From: Spirochaetota bacterium
GTDB taxonomy: Bacteria; Spirochaetota; UBA4802; UBA5550
NCBI GenBank assembly: GCA_963664815.2
Contig: CAXXHB010000003.1
Span: 2,944,001-3,008,000, forward strand
DNA length: 64,000 nt
Direction of reading: 5' to 3'
Part shown: piece after piece, positions 20,439 through 30,157 of the stretch
How the letters are laid out: each line of letters begins with the position of its first letter
How positions within the stretch are numbered: position 1 is the first letter of the stretch
Position numbers and translations under genes: made by a program
The notes under the pieces: generated by a model
The model's database searches: none
What the model was told of the DNA's origin: nothing
The model's input: the letters and a program-made list of their open reading frames with translations, nothing else

Positions 20439-20825
20439 TTAGTGGCACTCCTTACATTTCTGAGGCCCCTTACCTTTCGCGATATGACAGTCTACACATA
20501 AACCATGCATGGTATTATAACCAGCCTGCCCGGTATGACATTTACCACATTGCTTGATTCGCGCATCATTCCCTTTCTTATGATGGCAATCAAAACAACC
20601 CAGCCCCTGATCTGCGTGTACCTTGTGCGACATTGTAACCGCACCAACCTGCCCTTTGTAAGGCGATACACCGTCTTTCTGCGTTCCATGGGCGGTAACT
20701 TTTGTTATAACCACTTTATCAGTATCAACACGATTACCCCCCTGAATCCATGGATCGGTTCCACAGGCCAGCATTACAAAAGCGAGCATGCATAACAGTG
20801 CAGGGAAAAGTTTTAAAATTTTCAC
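20439..20825 (-). CDS. Tetraheme class III cytochrome c3, predicted lipoprotein
   Basis: Four CxxCH (CFDCH, CGKCH, CVDCH, CKECH) plus four candidate distal His (SHKVH, CHH, MH); lipobox MLA-C; GTG start with AAGGAG. Confidence 0.9.
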   Translation of the reverse strand: MKILKLFPALLCMLAFVMLACGTDPWIQGGNRVDTDKVVITKVTAHGTQKDGVSPYKGQVGAVTMSHKVHADQGLGCFDCHHKKGNDARIKQCGKCHTGQAGYNTMHGLCVDCHIAKGKGPQKCKECH

Positions 20826-21351
20826 ATCACTTCTCCTTTCTTGGAATTTTACTTCTAAATGACAATTAATTAATAAAATGTACTAAATTATTTTAATATA
20901 ACCGGCATATAACACTTTACTTTTAATTATGGTCATTTCTGGCACATCAAATTTAAACAGTCAAATATATTTTATTTAACTACCTGAAATTGTTTATATT
21001 AAAAGACGTAGTCTGTCCATCAGTTACTATTCATATTATAGATATAATACATTTATTTTTTACATATTTTTTTGCCCATAAAAATTTCTGTAATATTTCT
21101 CTTTTAACAGTATATTCGGGAATTATTTTACTGATATTATACAAATATCAGATAATAAATGTTACACGCATAGTGAATGAATTAAAAAAAAGTGATGATG
21201 CAGCTTCATGGAATAATCATATAATAATATTAGGAATATTTCCTTGATTAAGCCCGGATATCCGGATGGTGGGGTATAGTCAAACTTTATAAATATACAG
21301 AGGTGTTGTAATATAATCTTTGCCGGTATATGAAAAATCTTCAAATAAATC

Positions 21352-21424
21352 TGGGTTGCCCGGGGCTCGAACCCGGAACCTACTGATTAAGAGTCAGTTG
21401 CTCTACCAGCTGAGCTAGCAACCC
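21352..21424 (-). tRNA. tRNA-Lys(CTT)
   Basis: GGGTTGC/GCAACCC acceptor stem, TAGCTCAGCTGGTAGAGC D-arm, ACTGA-CTCTTAA-TCAGT anticodon arm, GTTCGAG T-loop; CCA not encoded. Confidence 0.97.
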
Positions 21425-21431
21425 GTTTATG

Positions 21432-21503
21432 CTGAGGCACAAGGATTCGAACCTTGGAATAACGGAGTCAGAGTCCGTTGCCTTACCGCTTGGCGATGCC
21501 TCA
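21432..21503 (-). tRNA. tRNA-Gln(CTG)
   Basis: TGAGGCA/TGCCTCA acceptor stem, ACGGA-CTCTGAC-TCCGT anticodon arm, GTTCGAATC; CCA not encoded. Confidence 0.97.
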
Positions 21504-21733
21504 AAAAATAAAGGAACCTTATTCCTTAAAATGAAGAATTTTAAAAGGAAGTAATGTTTAAAAAAGTATAATCTAAACAACCTTTACACAGATAAAAAAC
21601 CCCTGAATAAAAATCAATTAAATTTATTCATTAAACTTATATTTTTCATATTTATACACACTTTAAACAATCCTGAAAATAAAAACTTCAGCCCTAATAC
21701 GGTAAGCATACATTTAAAGCAGTGATATCAATA

Positions 21734-22324
21734 TTATTCCGTCATTTTCAGGGGCGAAATTTCAAGATATGGCGATTCACTATTGCAGTTTTTACATTTA
21801 TCACCATGTTTTCCCGGGTAAGCTTCTCCACATACCGGGCATATTACAGTCGGCCCCATCTTCTTTCGACTCACCTTCTCAGGTTCAACACGAACACGCT
21901 GCATACTGAGCATGGAATATCCAGCCTCTTTTATCTGACTTATGAGAAGATCTATATCCTGCTCCTTCTTTGTTTTTAGTTTAAAAAACCAGCTATAAAC
22001 CTCAGACCATTTTTTAAGCTTCTCCATATCCAGATAAACTCTGACTCCGTTTCCGCTTTTTTTGTCGTACAGTGTCACGGCAAATTTTCCGAAATCAAGA
22101 ACAGTAAGCCACCCATTGCCGAAAGTACACGGAGTTAAAAGCTGGACTGAATCCGGAAGACATACCGGTGTTTCACATATGGCGTCGAAAAACTCCCCTT
22201 CAGGAAGGTTTTTCAGCGCCAGGTCAACAACGAACCCTCCTATAAGAAGTCCGGGAGCAGCAGCGCCATGGAACGATATAATAAGCTCAACATACTCTTC
22301 ATATGAGTAGGTTCCTATATTCAT
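21734..22324 (-). CDS. FmdE family protein with C-terminal zinc finger
   Basis: FHG..APG, CLPDSVQLLTPCTFGNG, CPVCGE..CKNC; RBS AAGGAG before ATG 22324. Confidence 0.85.
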   Translation of the reverse strand: MNIGTYSYEEYVELIISFHGAAAPGLLIGGFVVDLALKNLPEGEFFDAICETPVCLPDSVQLLTPCTFGNGWLTVLDFGKFAVTLYDKKSGNGVRVYLDMEKLKKWSEVYSWFFKLKTKKEQDIDLLISQIKEAGYSMLSMQRVRVEPEKVSRKKMGPTVICPVCGEAYPGKHGDKCKNCNSESPYLEISPLKMTE

Positions 22325-22617
22325 GAACAAAACTCCTTAAATGTTTTTCAATTCTGCAGAAAATCAATCTTGTTGAATTAAAATAAAATTAATCTTATCT
22401 GAATTTATATATTAAAGAATAGTCAAGGTTATTTTATAAATGAACAGCTTGTTATTTCCGGAATTGTATTTGATCCAAATAATATAATAATAAAGATTTT
22501 CCAAACCGGAATTTATATCTATCAAGAAACCTTAAGAGACCATTCTACAGGGTTCAGCACATTATACCTGTAAAAAATCCGGGAAGCAACAAGTCGTATA
22601 AAATGATAATAATTGGA

Positions 22618-22646
22618 TTGACTGCATTTGAAGATTTTATTATTTT
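22618..22646 (+). promoter_or_regulatory. sigma70-type promoter for UPF0182-malQ
   Basis: TTGACT-N17-TATTTT. Confidence 0.5.
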
Positions 22647-22742
22647 AATTGATATATCTGACAGAAACATAAATCACATTATCAAAGTCAGATTAATAAA
22701 TCTAAAAGTTATAATTTTTCACTAAATATAAGAGGTTACACA

Positions 22743-25457
22743 ATGAATAAAAGGGCAGTATGGGTTCTCGCAGGTTTTTTCGTGCTATACTTTCTGGCGA
22801 AATATCTTTCCAATTTTTATATAGATTACGAATGGTTCAGGCTTAATAACGGCCTGCAGGTCTTCTGGGTTTTATTTATGACCAAATTCAACGTGCAGGC
22901 TATTTTTGGCGCCTCCTTTATAGGTCTGTTTATGCTGAATTTTCTTCTTATAAGGCTGCTGGGAGGTAAAGGGAGATTCTTCGTGGAGAATTTCCTCGAC
23001 AGAATACAGATCCCGGCAATCGGGTCATCAAGACACCTCCTTCTGATTCTTCTGACCTGTGCAATAGTTTTCATAGGATTCTTAATGGGAGGGACGGCTT
23101 CAGCTTTCTGGAAAGAATACCTTATGTATAAAAATGCCGTACCATTCGACGGATTCGCGGTTGATCCGATATTCGGCAGAAATATAGGATTCTATGTTTT
23201 CTCACTGCCATTCTACCAGTTCCTATACGGTTGGCTGATGAGCACACTGATCATCATAACTATTTTTTCAATAGTAATTCATTTTTTCAACGGTGGAATA
23301 TTTTTCAGAAACGGGCAGATCGATTTTTCATCATTCTGCAGGGCTCACGTTTCCATACTCCTTGCGATGCTGGTAATACTTTACGGTTTCAGCTACCAGA
23401 TTTCCGCCTATGAACTCCTGTTTTCACAGGTTGGGAAATTCTACGGAGCCGGATACGCGGCAGTCAACTCCAAACTTCTGGCATATCGTGCTGCGGAGGT
23501 AATATCTTTTCTTGCCAGTGCACTGCTTCTCTTTAATGTCTTCAAAAGGAGTTTTAAACTCCCGGTAATAGTAATGCTTACGATAATACCGGTTTACTTT
23601 CTGCTCGGCACCATCTACCCCGCTCTACAGCAGAGATTCGTGGTTGTACCAAACGAACTGGATAAGGAAAAACCATTTATCCAGAATAACATCAACTTTA
23701 CAAGACTTGCATACGGAATCGACAAAGTCGAGGAGATACCTTTCGAGAACAAGAGGGAACTCAGCTATAAAGACCTTACAGACAATAAAGCTACTCTTGA
23801 AAGTGTAAGGCTCTGGGACTGGAGGCCACTGAAACAGACATATAAACAACTCCAGGAGCTTAAACAGTATTACTTTTTTAACGATGTCGACATCGATCGT
23901 TACGTTGTTGACGGCAAGAAAATCGCCGTAAACCTCTCCGCCAGAGAACTTTCAATAGAGGGGCTGGGGGGCAACAGCCAGACATGGCAGAACAGGCACC
24001 TGATCTACACCCACGGATATGGCGCTGTCATGAGCAGGGTTGACAGGATCTCGTCTGAAGGACTCCCTGTTTTCATGATACAGGATATACCTCCAAAAAC
24101 CGATACAAATATAAAAATTGACCGGCCGGAGGTTTACTACGGTGAGCATGATAACTCGTATGCCATTACAAATACTTCCATTAAACCGGGTGAGTTTGAT
24201 TATCCTTCAGGCGAGGAGAACAAGTACACAACTTACAGCGGATCAGGAGGGATCAAGCTCAATTCGTTCTTCAAAAGATTTATGGCGTCTGTGGCTTTTG
24301 GAGACATCAACCTTCTTATATCAGGGAACATCAGCAATGAAAGCCGTATTCTTTTTAAAAGAAACATTGTTGAAATTGCACAGACCTACGTGCCGTTCCT
24401 TGAGCTTGATGATGATCCATACCTTGTCATATCCGATGGTAAAATGTACTGGATAATAGATGCATATACCGAATCTGACCAGTTTCCCTACTCAACACCT
24501 ATAAATATTGGCGAAAAAAAAGTTAACTACATAAGAAACTCCGTAAAAATAATTATTGATGCCTACGACGGAAAGATCAGCTGCTACATCTCAGACAATA
24601 CCGATCCTATTATAAAAGCATACGACCGAATCTTCCCAGGTCTTTTTAAAGAATTGAAAGATGTCCCTGAGGGACTCAAGTCACATATCAGATATCCTGA
24701 AACCATTTTCAATATTCAGAGCCAGATGCTTCTCAAATACCACATGACAAATCCCAATGTCTTTTACAATAGTGAAGACGCATGGGCAATACCAACACAG
24801 ATATACGGCGACAAAGAGGAACTCGTTCACAGTTACTACCTTGTGACAACATTACCGAACGAAAAACGGAGTGAATTTATACTTATACTCCCTTTTACTC
24901 CATACAAGAAAAACAATATGCTTTCATTCCTCACCGCGAAGTGCGACATGCCCGATTACGGCAAACTGCAGCTTTACCAGCTGCCGAAAGACAAGCTCAA
25001 TTACGGGCCGATGCAGATTGAAGCAAGAATAAATCAGGATCCGGAGATTTCAAAACAGCTCACATTATGGAGCCAGAAGGGATCAAACGTCATACGGGGG
25101 AATATGCTCGCCATCCCTATCAAAGAATCTATTATTTATATAGAACCCCTGTATCTTAAAGCTGAAACCAGTGAAATGCCTGAGCTGAAAAAAGTTATAG
25201 TCTCTTTTGCGGATAAAATTGTGATGGAAAATGATCTCCCGTCTGCACTTGAAAAACTTTTTTTCGGCGGAGGGTTTACATCAGGCAGGGAAGATAATAA
25301 TACAAAGGGCATGAATCTTAAATCACTGGCAGACCGCGCGTCATTTCACTTTTCCAAAGCCGAGGAATATATGCGTGCCGGCAACTGGAAGGGTTATGGG
25401 GAAGAGCTTGGAAATCTTAAAAGCGTTCTCAATCAGATGAAGAGTCAGGGGAATTAA
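22743..25457 (+). CDS. UPF0182 family membrane protein
   Basis: DPIFGRNIGFYVFSLP, VRLWDWRPL, DVDIDRY, YTHGYG, NYIRNSVK, HIRYP. Confidence 0.95.
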   Translation: MNKRAVWVLAGFFVLYFLAKYLSNFYIDYEWFRLNNGLQVFWVLFMTKFNVQAIFGASFIGLFMLNFLLIRLLGGKGRFFVENFLDRIQIPAIGSSRHLLLILLTCAIVFIGFLMGGTASAFWKEYLMYKNAVPFDGFAVDPIFGRNIGFYVFSLPFYQFLYGWLMSTLIIITIFSIVIHFFNGGIFFRNGQIDFSSFCRAHVSILLAMLVILYGFSYQISAYELLFSQVGKFYGAGYAAVNSKLLAYRAAEVISFLASALLLFNVFKRSFKLPVIVMLTIIPVYFLLGTIYPALQQRFVVVPNELDKEKPFIQNNINFTRLAYGIDKVEEIPFENKRELSYKDLTDNKATLESVRLWDWRPLKQTYKQLQELKQYYFFNDVDIDRYVVDGKKIAVNLSARELSIEGLGGNSQTWQNRHLIYTHGYGAVMSRVDRISSEGLPVFMIQDIPPKTDTNIKIDRPEVYYGEHDNSYAITNTSIKPGEFDYPSGEENKYTTYSGSGGIKLNSFFKRFMASVAFGDINLLISGNISNESRILFKRNIVEIAQTYVPFLELDDDPYLVISDGKMYWIIDAYTESDQFPYSTPINIGEKKVNYIRNSVKIIIDAYDGKISCYISDNTDPIIKAYDRIFPGLFKELKDVPEGLKSHIRYPETIFNIQSQMLLKYHMTNPNVFYNSEDAWAIPTQIYGDKEELVHSYYLVTTLPNEKRSEFILILPFTPYKKNNMLSFLTAKCDMPDYGKLQLYQLPKDKLNYGPMQIEARINQDPEISKQLTLWSQKGSNVIRGNMLAIPIKESIIYIEPLYLKAETSEMPELKKVIVSFADKIVMENDLPSALEKLFFGGGFTSGREDNNTKGMNLKSLADRASFHFSKAEEYMRAGNWKGYGEELGNLKSVLNQMKSQGN

Positions 25458-26992
25458 TGATACTTGAAAGATCATACGGGGTTCTCCTGCATATAACCAG
25501 CCTCCCGGGAAAATCCGGGACAGGTACAATGGGTGATGAGGCTTACGAATTTATTGATCTTCTCGCAGAGAACGGCGCCTCATACTGGCAGATACTCCCC
25601 ACGGGCCCTGTGTCGGAATCAATGTGTTATTCACCCTACTCGTCACTCTCCGCCTTTGCCGGTAACGAACTCTTTATCAATACAGAGAGACTAGAAGACA
25701 AAGACTGGTTTAAAGATAAAACAGAGTTGCCGGCTTTACCAGAGAATTCATTCGCCGATTTTAAAAAGGCAGGTGAGTCTGTCATAAGTTTTCTTAAAAT
25801 CGCCGGGAAGAATTTCAGCGAGTATGCAAACACCGGCGAAAGGGATGATTTTAACCTTTTCTGCCTTCAAAATGGCGAGATATGGCTTAATGACTATGCT
25901 CTCTACAGAGCTCTCGCCGGGAAATATAAAACATTCAACTGGCTTAAATGGGATAAAGATATTGCATTTAAAAAAATTAACGCATTAACATCGGCCCGCA
26001 GTGAGCTCGAAGATGAAATTAATTTTATAAAATTCACACAGTATATCTTTTTCTCCCAATGGAAGGAGATGAGGGAATATGCAGAAGAAAAAAAAATAAA
26101 GATAATAGGCGATATACCTATATACATGTCTATGGACAGTGCCGACTCATGGATTGCACAGAATATTCTTGAAATTAATCCGGATGATATGGAACCTTTT
26201 TCTGTCGCCGGAGTGCCGCCCGATTATTTCAGCGAAACTGGGCAACTATGGGGTAACCCTGTATACAGATGGCACAATGATGACGGAAAACTTAATGAAG
26301 ACACATACAACTGGTGGTTACGGCGGATGCGCCATTCTCTCATGATGACTGATATTGTGCGGATAGACCATTTCAGGGGATTTGAATCTTTCTGGTCTGT
26401 TAAATATGGAGAAGAGACTGCCGTGGATGGTGAATGGATAGACGGCCCGGGGAAGGTTTTTTTCGATCGTCTGATAAACGATCTTGGTGACATACCTGTC
26501 ATAGCCGAAGACCTTGGAGTCATAACCCCCGCCGTAAAAAAGCTACGCAACGATCTTGGACTTCCCGGCATGAAAATACTCCTTTTCGCCTTTGATCAGA
26601 ACAACAAAAATGAGTATCTTCCGCATAATATAACAGATAAATACTGTGTAGTATACACCGGTACTCATGACAATGACACGGCAAACGGATGGTTTTACGA
26701 TTCTTCAATGTACGAAAACGACCGGGCATATATAATGGAATACCTTTCAATGAAAGAGTGGAGTGATTTCCATCTAAGGATTATACGTGAAGCTATGGCA
26801 ACAATTGCAGATCTTGTAATAATTCCCGTCCAGGATATTCTCGGCTACGACAGTAAATTCAGAATGAATACTCCCGGCACAATCGATAATAACTGGATAT
26901 GGAAACTTACCAGCGGGGCATTGAACAGTGATAACATGGAAAAAATAAAGCGTATGGCTCACCTTTTTTCAAGGATAAGGGAGGAGGAGTAA
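25457..26992 (+). CDS. malQ: 4-alpha-glucanotransferase (amylomaltase, GH77)
   Basis: GVLLHITSLP, WQILP, GVPPDYFS.TGQLWGNP, RIDHFRG, AEDLG, YTGTHDNDT. Confidence 0.97.
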   Translation: MILERSYGVLLHITSLPGKSGTGTMGDEAYEFIDLLAENGASYWQILPTGPVSESMCYSPYSSLSAFAGNELFINTERLEDKDWFKDKTELPALPENSFADFKKAGESVISFLKIAGKNFSEYANTGERDDFNLFCLQNGEIWLNDYALYRALAGKYKTFNWLKWDKDIAFKKINALTSARSELEDEINFIKFTQYIFFSQWKEMREYAEEKKIKIIGDIPIYMSMDSADSWIAQNILEINPDDMEPFSVAGVPPDYFSETGQLWGNPVYRWHNDDGKLNEDTYNWWLRRMRHSLMMTDIVRIDHFRGFESFWSVKYGEETAVDGEWIDGPGKVFFDRLINDLGDIPVIAEDLGVITPAVKKLRNDLGLPGMKILLFAFDQNNKNEYLPHNITDKYCVVYTGTHDNDTANGWFYDSSMYENDRAYIMEYLSMKEWSDFHLRIIREAMATIADLVIIPVQDILGYDSKFRMNTPGTIDNNWIWKLTSGALNSDNMEKIKRMAHLFSRIREEE

Positions 26993-26995
26993 CAG

Positions 26996-27040
26996 CCTTC
27001 CACATTTCTCATAGGGAAGGTGCCCGAAGGGCGGATGGGG
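26996..27040 (+). repeat. REP-like palindromic element (GGGAAGGTGCCCGAAGGGCGGATGGGG type)
   Basis: ccttcc..gggaagg stem then gccc-gaa-gggc hairpin; related copy at 30250-30296. Confidence 0.7.
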
Positions 27041-27086
27041 AAATAGTGCAATAATAAATTTTTACAAACATACAGGAGAATCAAAA

Positions 27087-27674
27087 ATGAAAAAACTTGT
27101 CACACTATTAGCAGCTACAGTCACAACTTTCGGACTGACATCATGCGGGTACAACACAATGCAGGCAAACGAGGAGGAGGTTTTTAAAGCATGGGGAGAT
27201 GTCGAGGCAGCATACCAGAGACGGATGGACTTAATACCAAATCTTGTTGAAGTGGTAAAAGGTTACGCAACGCATGAAAAAGAGACCTTGACAGCGGTAA
27301 TCGAAGCGCGTTCCAAAGTTGGTTCGTTCCAGATAACGAAGGATGTTCTTAACGATCCGGCTGCATTCCAGAAATTCCAGAGCGTTCAGGGAAACCTTTC
27401 TTCAGCCCTGTCAAAACTCATGGTAGTGGTTGAAAAATATCCGGATCTTAAGGCAAATCAGAATTTCACCGACCTGCAGCATCAGCTTGAGGGTACAGAG
27501 AACAGGATTAACGTGGCACGCGTGAGATATAACGAGGTTGTGCAGAAATTCAACACATCTATAAGGATATTTCCCAACAGCCTTACAAACAGTATACTTC
27601 TTCACCTTGACAGAAAAGAGCCCTTTAAATCGCAGGAAGGAGCTTCTACAGCCCCGAAGGTAAACTTCAAGTGA
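27087..27674 (+). CDS. lemA: LemA family protein
   Basis: CGYN, YQRRMDLIPNLV, YPDLKA, LEGTENRINVAR..YN. Confidence 0.95.
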   Translation: MKKLVTLLAATVTTFGLTSCGYNTMQANEEEVFKAWGDVEAAYQRRMDLIPNLVEVVKGYATHEKETLTAVIEARSKVGSFQITKDVLNDPAAFQKFQSVQGNLSSALSKLMVVVEKYPDLKANQNFTDLQHQLEGTENRINVARVRYNEVVQKFNTSIRIFPNSLTNSILLHLDRKEPFKSQEGASTAPKVNFK

Positions 27675-28513
27675 AAAGACTTATACCGTTAGCACTTTCA
27701 CTGGCCATTTTTATCCCGGCATCATTTAGCTTCGCGCTCGATGTCCCGCCATTGAAGGGGCGTGTTAACGATTATGCTGATATGATATCACCTGCAGCTG
27801 AATCTATGCTTGAGATGAAACTTAAATCCTTCGAAGAGTCAGACTCCACACAGGTAGTGATACTCACGGTCAACTCTCTGGATGGTGATTCACTGGAGGA
27901 TTTCACAATCCGCGTTGCCGAAAACTGGAAAATCGGCCAGACAAAAAAGGATAACGGAGTAATACTCTTTGCTTCAAAAAATGACAGAGCCATGAGAATA
28001 GAGGTGGGGCGCGGGCTGGAGGGTGTCCTGACAGACCTTCTTTCTGGGCGCATTCTCGATAATGTCATAAGACCAAAATTCAAAGCAGGGGATTTTGACG
28101 GGGGATTCGCTGAAGGAACAGATTCAATTATCAAAGCATGCAGAGGTGAATTCAAAAATGATTCCCCTGTCGTTACTTCACAGCCTGAAGGGCCGAGAAA
28201 CAATCTCGTGATATTCTTTTTTGTGATCTTCTATTTTGCCGCAGTAATAGCATCACGATTTTCAAAAATATTGAGCGGCACAATCGGAGCAGCAGCTATG
28301 CCTGCAATTATCAATTTCGGATTATTCCCGATAGGGCTGACAGGAATTCTTATTTCGGCAGTCGCAGGATTTATTTTAGCGCTCATATCTCCATATTTAC
28401 CGATTGGCGGAGGATCTTCCGGCGGTTCCGGCAGTGGATCGAGTTTCGGCGGAGGCGGTTTCTCCGGCGGCGGTGGAAGTTTTGGCGGAGGGGGAGCATC
28501 AGGAGGATGGTAA
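27671..28513 (+). CDS. TPM domain protein (YgcG-like) with Gly-rich tail
   Basis: GRVNDYA, WKIG..DNGV, RIEVGRGLEGVLTD, GGGGASGGW; GTG start overlaps the lemA stop. Confidence 0.92.
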   Translation: MKRLIPLALSLAIFIPASFSFALDVPPLKGRVNDYADMISPAAESMLEMKLKSFEESDSTQVVILTVNSLDGDSLEDFTIRVAENWKIGQTKKDNGVILFASKNDRAMRIEVGRGLEGVLTDLLSGRILDNVIRPKFKAGDFDGGFAEGTDSIIKACRGEFKNDSPVVTSQPEGPRNNLVIFFFVIFYFAAVIASRFSKILSGTIGAAAMPAIINFGLFPIGLTGILISAVAGFILALISPYLPIGGGSSGGSGSGSSFGGGGFSGGGGSFGGGGASGGW

Positions 28514-29229
28514 TGAAAAAAAATTCAGAAACTTTTTTTACAGAAAACGAAAAAAACGCTGTTGAATCCGCCATTAAAGAGGCGGAATCAAACACATCTG
28601 GCGAAATAGTTGCAATTGTTGTTGCAAAAAGCGACTTGTACAGAGACATAGATGTAATTGCAGGAGTAATTTTCTCCGCAATGATTTCGGTTTTACCTGC
28701 TGAAATATTCCATGCACATTCAGAATCCATATTAAAAAAACTAATCCCCTCGATGAACTGGCTGACACAGGTACCTGACGGGATGCGTTTCATGTCGGGT
28801 CTTACAGTATTTATTGCACTGACAGTAATTATTTATTTCCCGGCTAAATTTTTATTTAAAAAGGCTCCATCTCTTAAAAGAATTCTTCTGTCCATTAAAA
28901 GAATGGATGAGGAAGTGAGGGAAAGGGCACTACGTGCTTTTCACGAACATGGACTTACAGATACAAAAGATGCTACAGGTGTTCTGTTCCTTATATCAAT
29001 ATTTGAAAAGCGGGTACACATACTGGCAGATCATGGAATATACTCAAAGGTAAGGCAGGAAACTCTTGATAAATACGCAGTTTCAATAGGTGAAGGTATC
29101 GCATCCGGTAAGGGTTGTGAAGCCCTGTGCTGCGCAATTAAAGATGTGGGGGATGAACTTGCAAGATATTTCCCGCACAGTGCCGATGACAGAAATGAGC
29201 TCCCTGACCGGATAGTAACGGAAAAATAA
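28507..29229 (+). CDS. TPM domain membrane protein
   Basis: AIKEAESNTSGEI, TKDATGVLFLIS..ILADHGI, NELPD. Confidence 0.9.
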   Translation: MVMKKNSETFFTENEKNAVESAIKEAESNTSGEIVAIVVAKSDLYRDIDVIAGVIFSAMISVLPAEIFHAHSESILKKLIPSMNWLTQVPDGMRFMSGLTVFIALTVIIYFPAKFLFKKAPSLKRILLSIKRMDEEVRERALRAFHEHGLTDTKDATGVLFLISIFEKRVHILADHGIYSKVRQETLDKYAVSIGEGIASGKGCEALCCAIKDVGDELARYFPHSADDRNELPDRIVTEK

Positions 29230-29246
29230 CCAGGAGAAGAAAAACC

Positions 29247-30143
29247 ATGAAAAAGATAATACTTGTTCTCGCAATTCTTCTTTCAGGAGTCATTCTCTAT
29301 GCAGATGAGCCGGTATTCCCCGCTCTTACAGGCCCGGTTGTTGACACTGCCAGCCTTCTCTCCACGGAGCAGGTCAAGCTGCTTTCTGAAAAATCATTAA
29401 GCTTCCAGAATAGTAAAGGAAGCCAGATTGCTGTTTGTATTGTGCCTACCACGTCCCCTCTGACGATTGAGGATTACGGTATCCAGCTTTCGAAGAGGTG
29501 GAAAATCGGACGATCGAAAATTGATGACGGTATTATAATCATTGTCGCAAAAAATGACAGGAAGATGCGTATTGAGGTCGGTTACGGTCTTGAACATGCA
29601 GTTACAGATCTTCGCGCCGGAAGAATCGTTGATTACATAATGGCTCCGGAATTCTGCAAAGGTGATTTCTACAAGGGAATTGATGCATCAATAGATTCAT
29701 TAATTACATTTATCAATGGCGGTGATATAACTGCACTGTCATCTGAAAAGTCGGAATCTTTAACATCTTCATCAGCAGGCAGCAACCCGGGATTTAGTTT
29801 TGGGGTTGCATTGATTGTCGCCAGTGTTATATTGTTTATAGTATTCATGGCAAAGGGTAAAGCAATTCTTTCCCTTTTCTTAACTTACTTCCCTTTAAGC
29901 AGCGGTCTTTATTTAACAGGTGCAGGGAGTATTTCCGAATCCGCAATAATCGGAGTTGTTTTGATGGTACTTTTTGAATTAATAGCAATAATGATAAAAA
30001 AATCTCCCTCAGGAGGCAGCTCAGGATCATCAGGTTATTCATCCTATTCATCATCGTCGGACTACAGCAGTTCGTCAGGCAGCGATTCATACAGCGGCGG
30101 CGGGGGAGATTACGGAGGAGGTGGAGCTTCCGGAAGCTGGTGA
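29247..30143 (+). CDS. Second YgcG-like TPM domain protein with Ser/Gly-rich tail
   Basis: VVDTA, GSQIAV, WKIGR..DDG, RIEVGYGLE, GGGGASGSW. Confidence 0.92.
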   Translation: MKKIILVLAILLSGVILYADEPVFPALTGPVVDTASLLSTEQVKLLSEKSLSFQNSKGSQIAVCIVPTTSPLTIEDYGIQLSKRWKIGRSKIDDGIIIIVAKNDRKMRIEVGYGLEHAVTDLRAGRIVDYIMAPEFCKGDFYKGIDASIDSLITFINGGDITALSSEKSESLTSSSAGSNPGFSFGVALIVASVILFIVFMAKGKAILSLFLTYFPLSSGLYLTGAGSISESAIIGVVLMVLFELIAIMIKKSPSGGSSGSSGYSSYSSSSDYSSSSGSDSYSGGGGDYGGGGASGSW

Positions 30144-30157
30144 CAGGACAACAGTGC

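Noticed and set aside
17377-21424. Hydrogenase operon as a tRNA-integrated island
   Set aside because: No integrase and no duplicated tRNA 3' end seen
21380-21580. 66-aa ORF and other short antisense ORFs in the track (e.g. 30121-30336, 31674-32060, 36705-36908)
   Set aside because: They overlap tRNAs, repeats or well-supported genes and show no recognisable motifs or RBS
22743-30143. C-ending codon bias suggesting horizontal transfer
   Set aside because: These genes are on the C-rich plus strand, so replication strand skew is a sufficient explanation
30000-30143. Low-complexity tca/ggc repeats as a DNA repeat element
   Set aside because: Explained by the Ser/Gly-rich protein tail of the TPM gene
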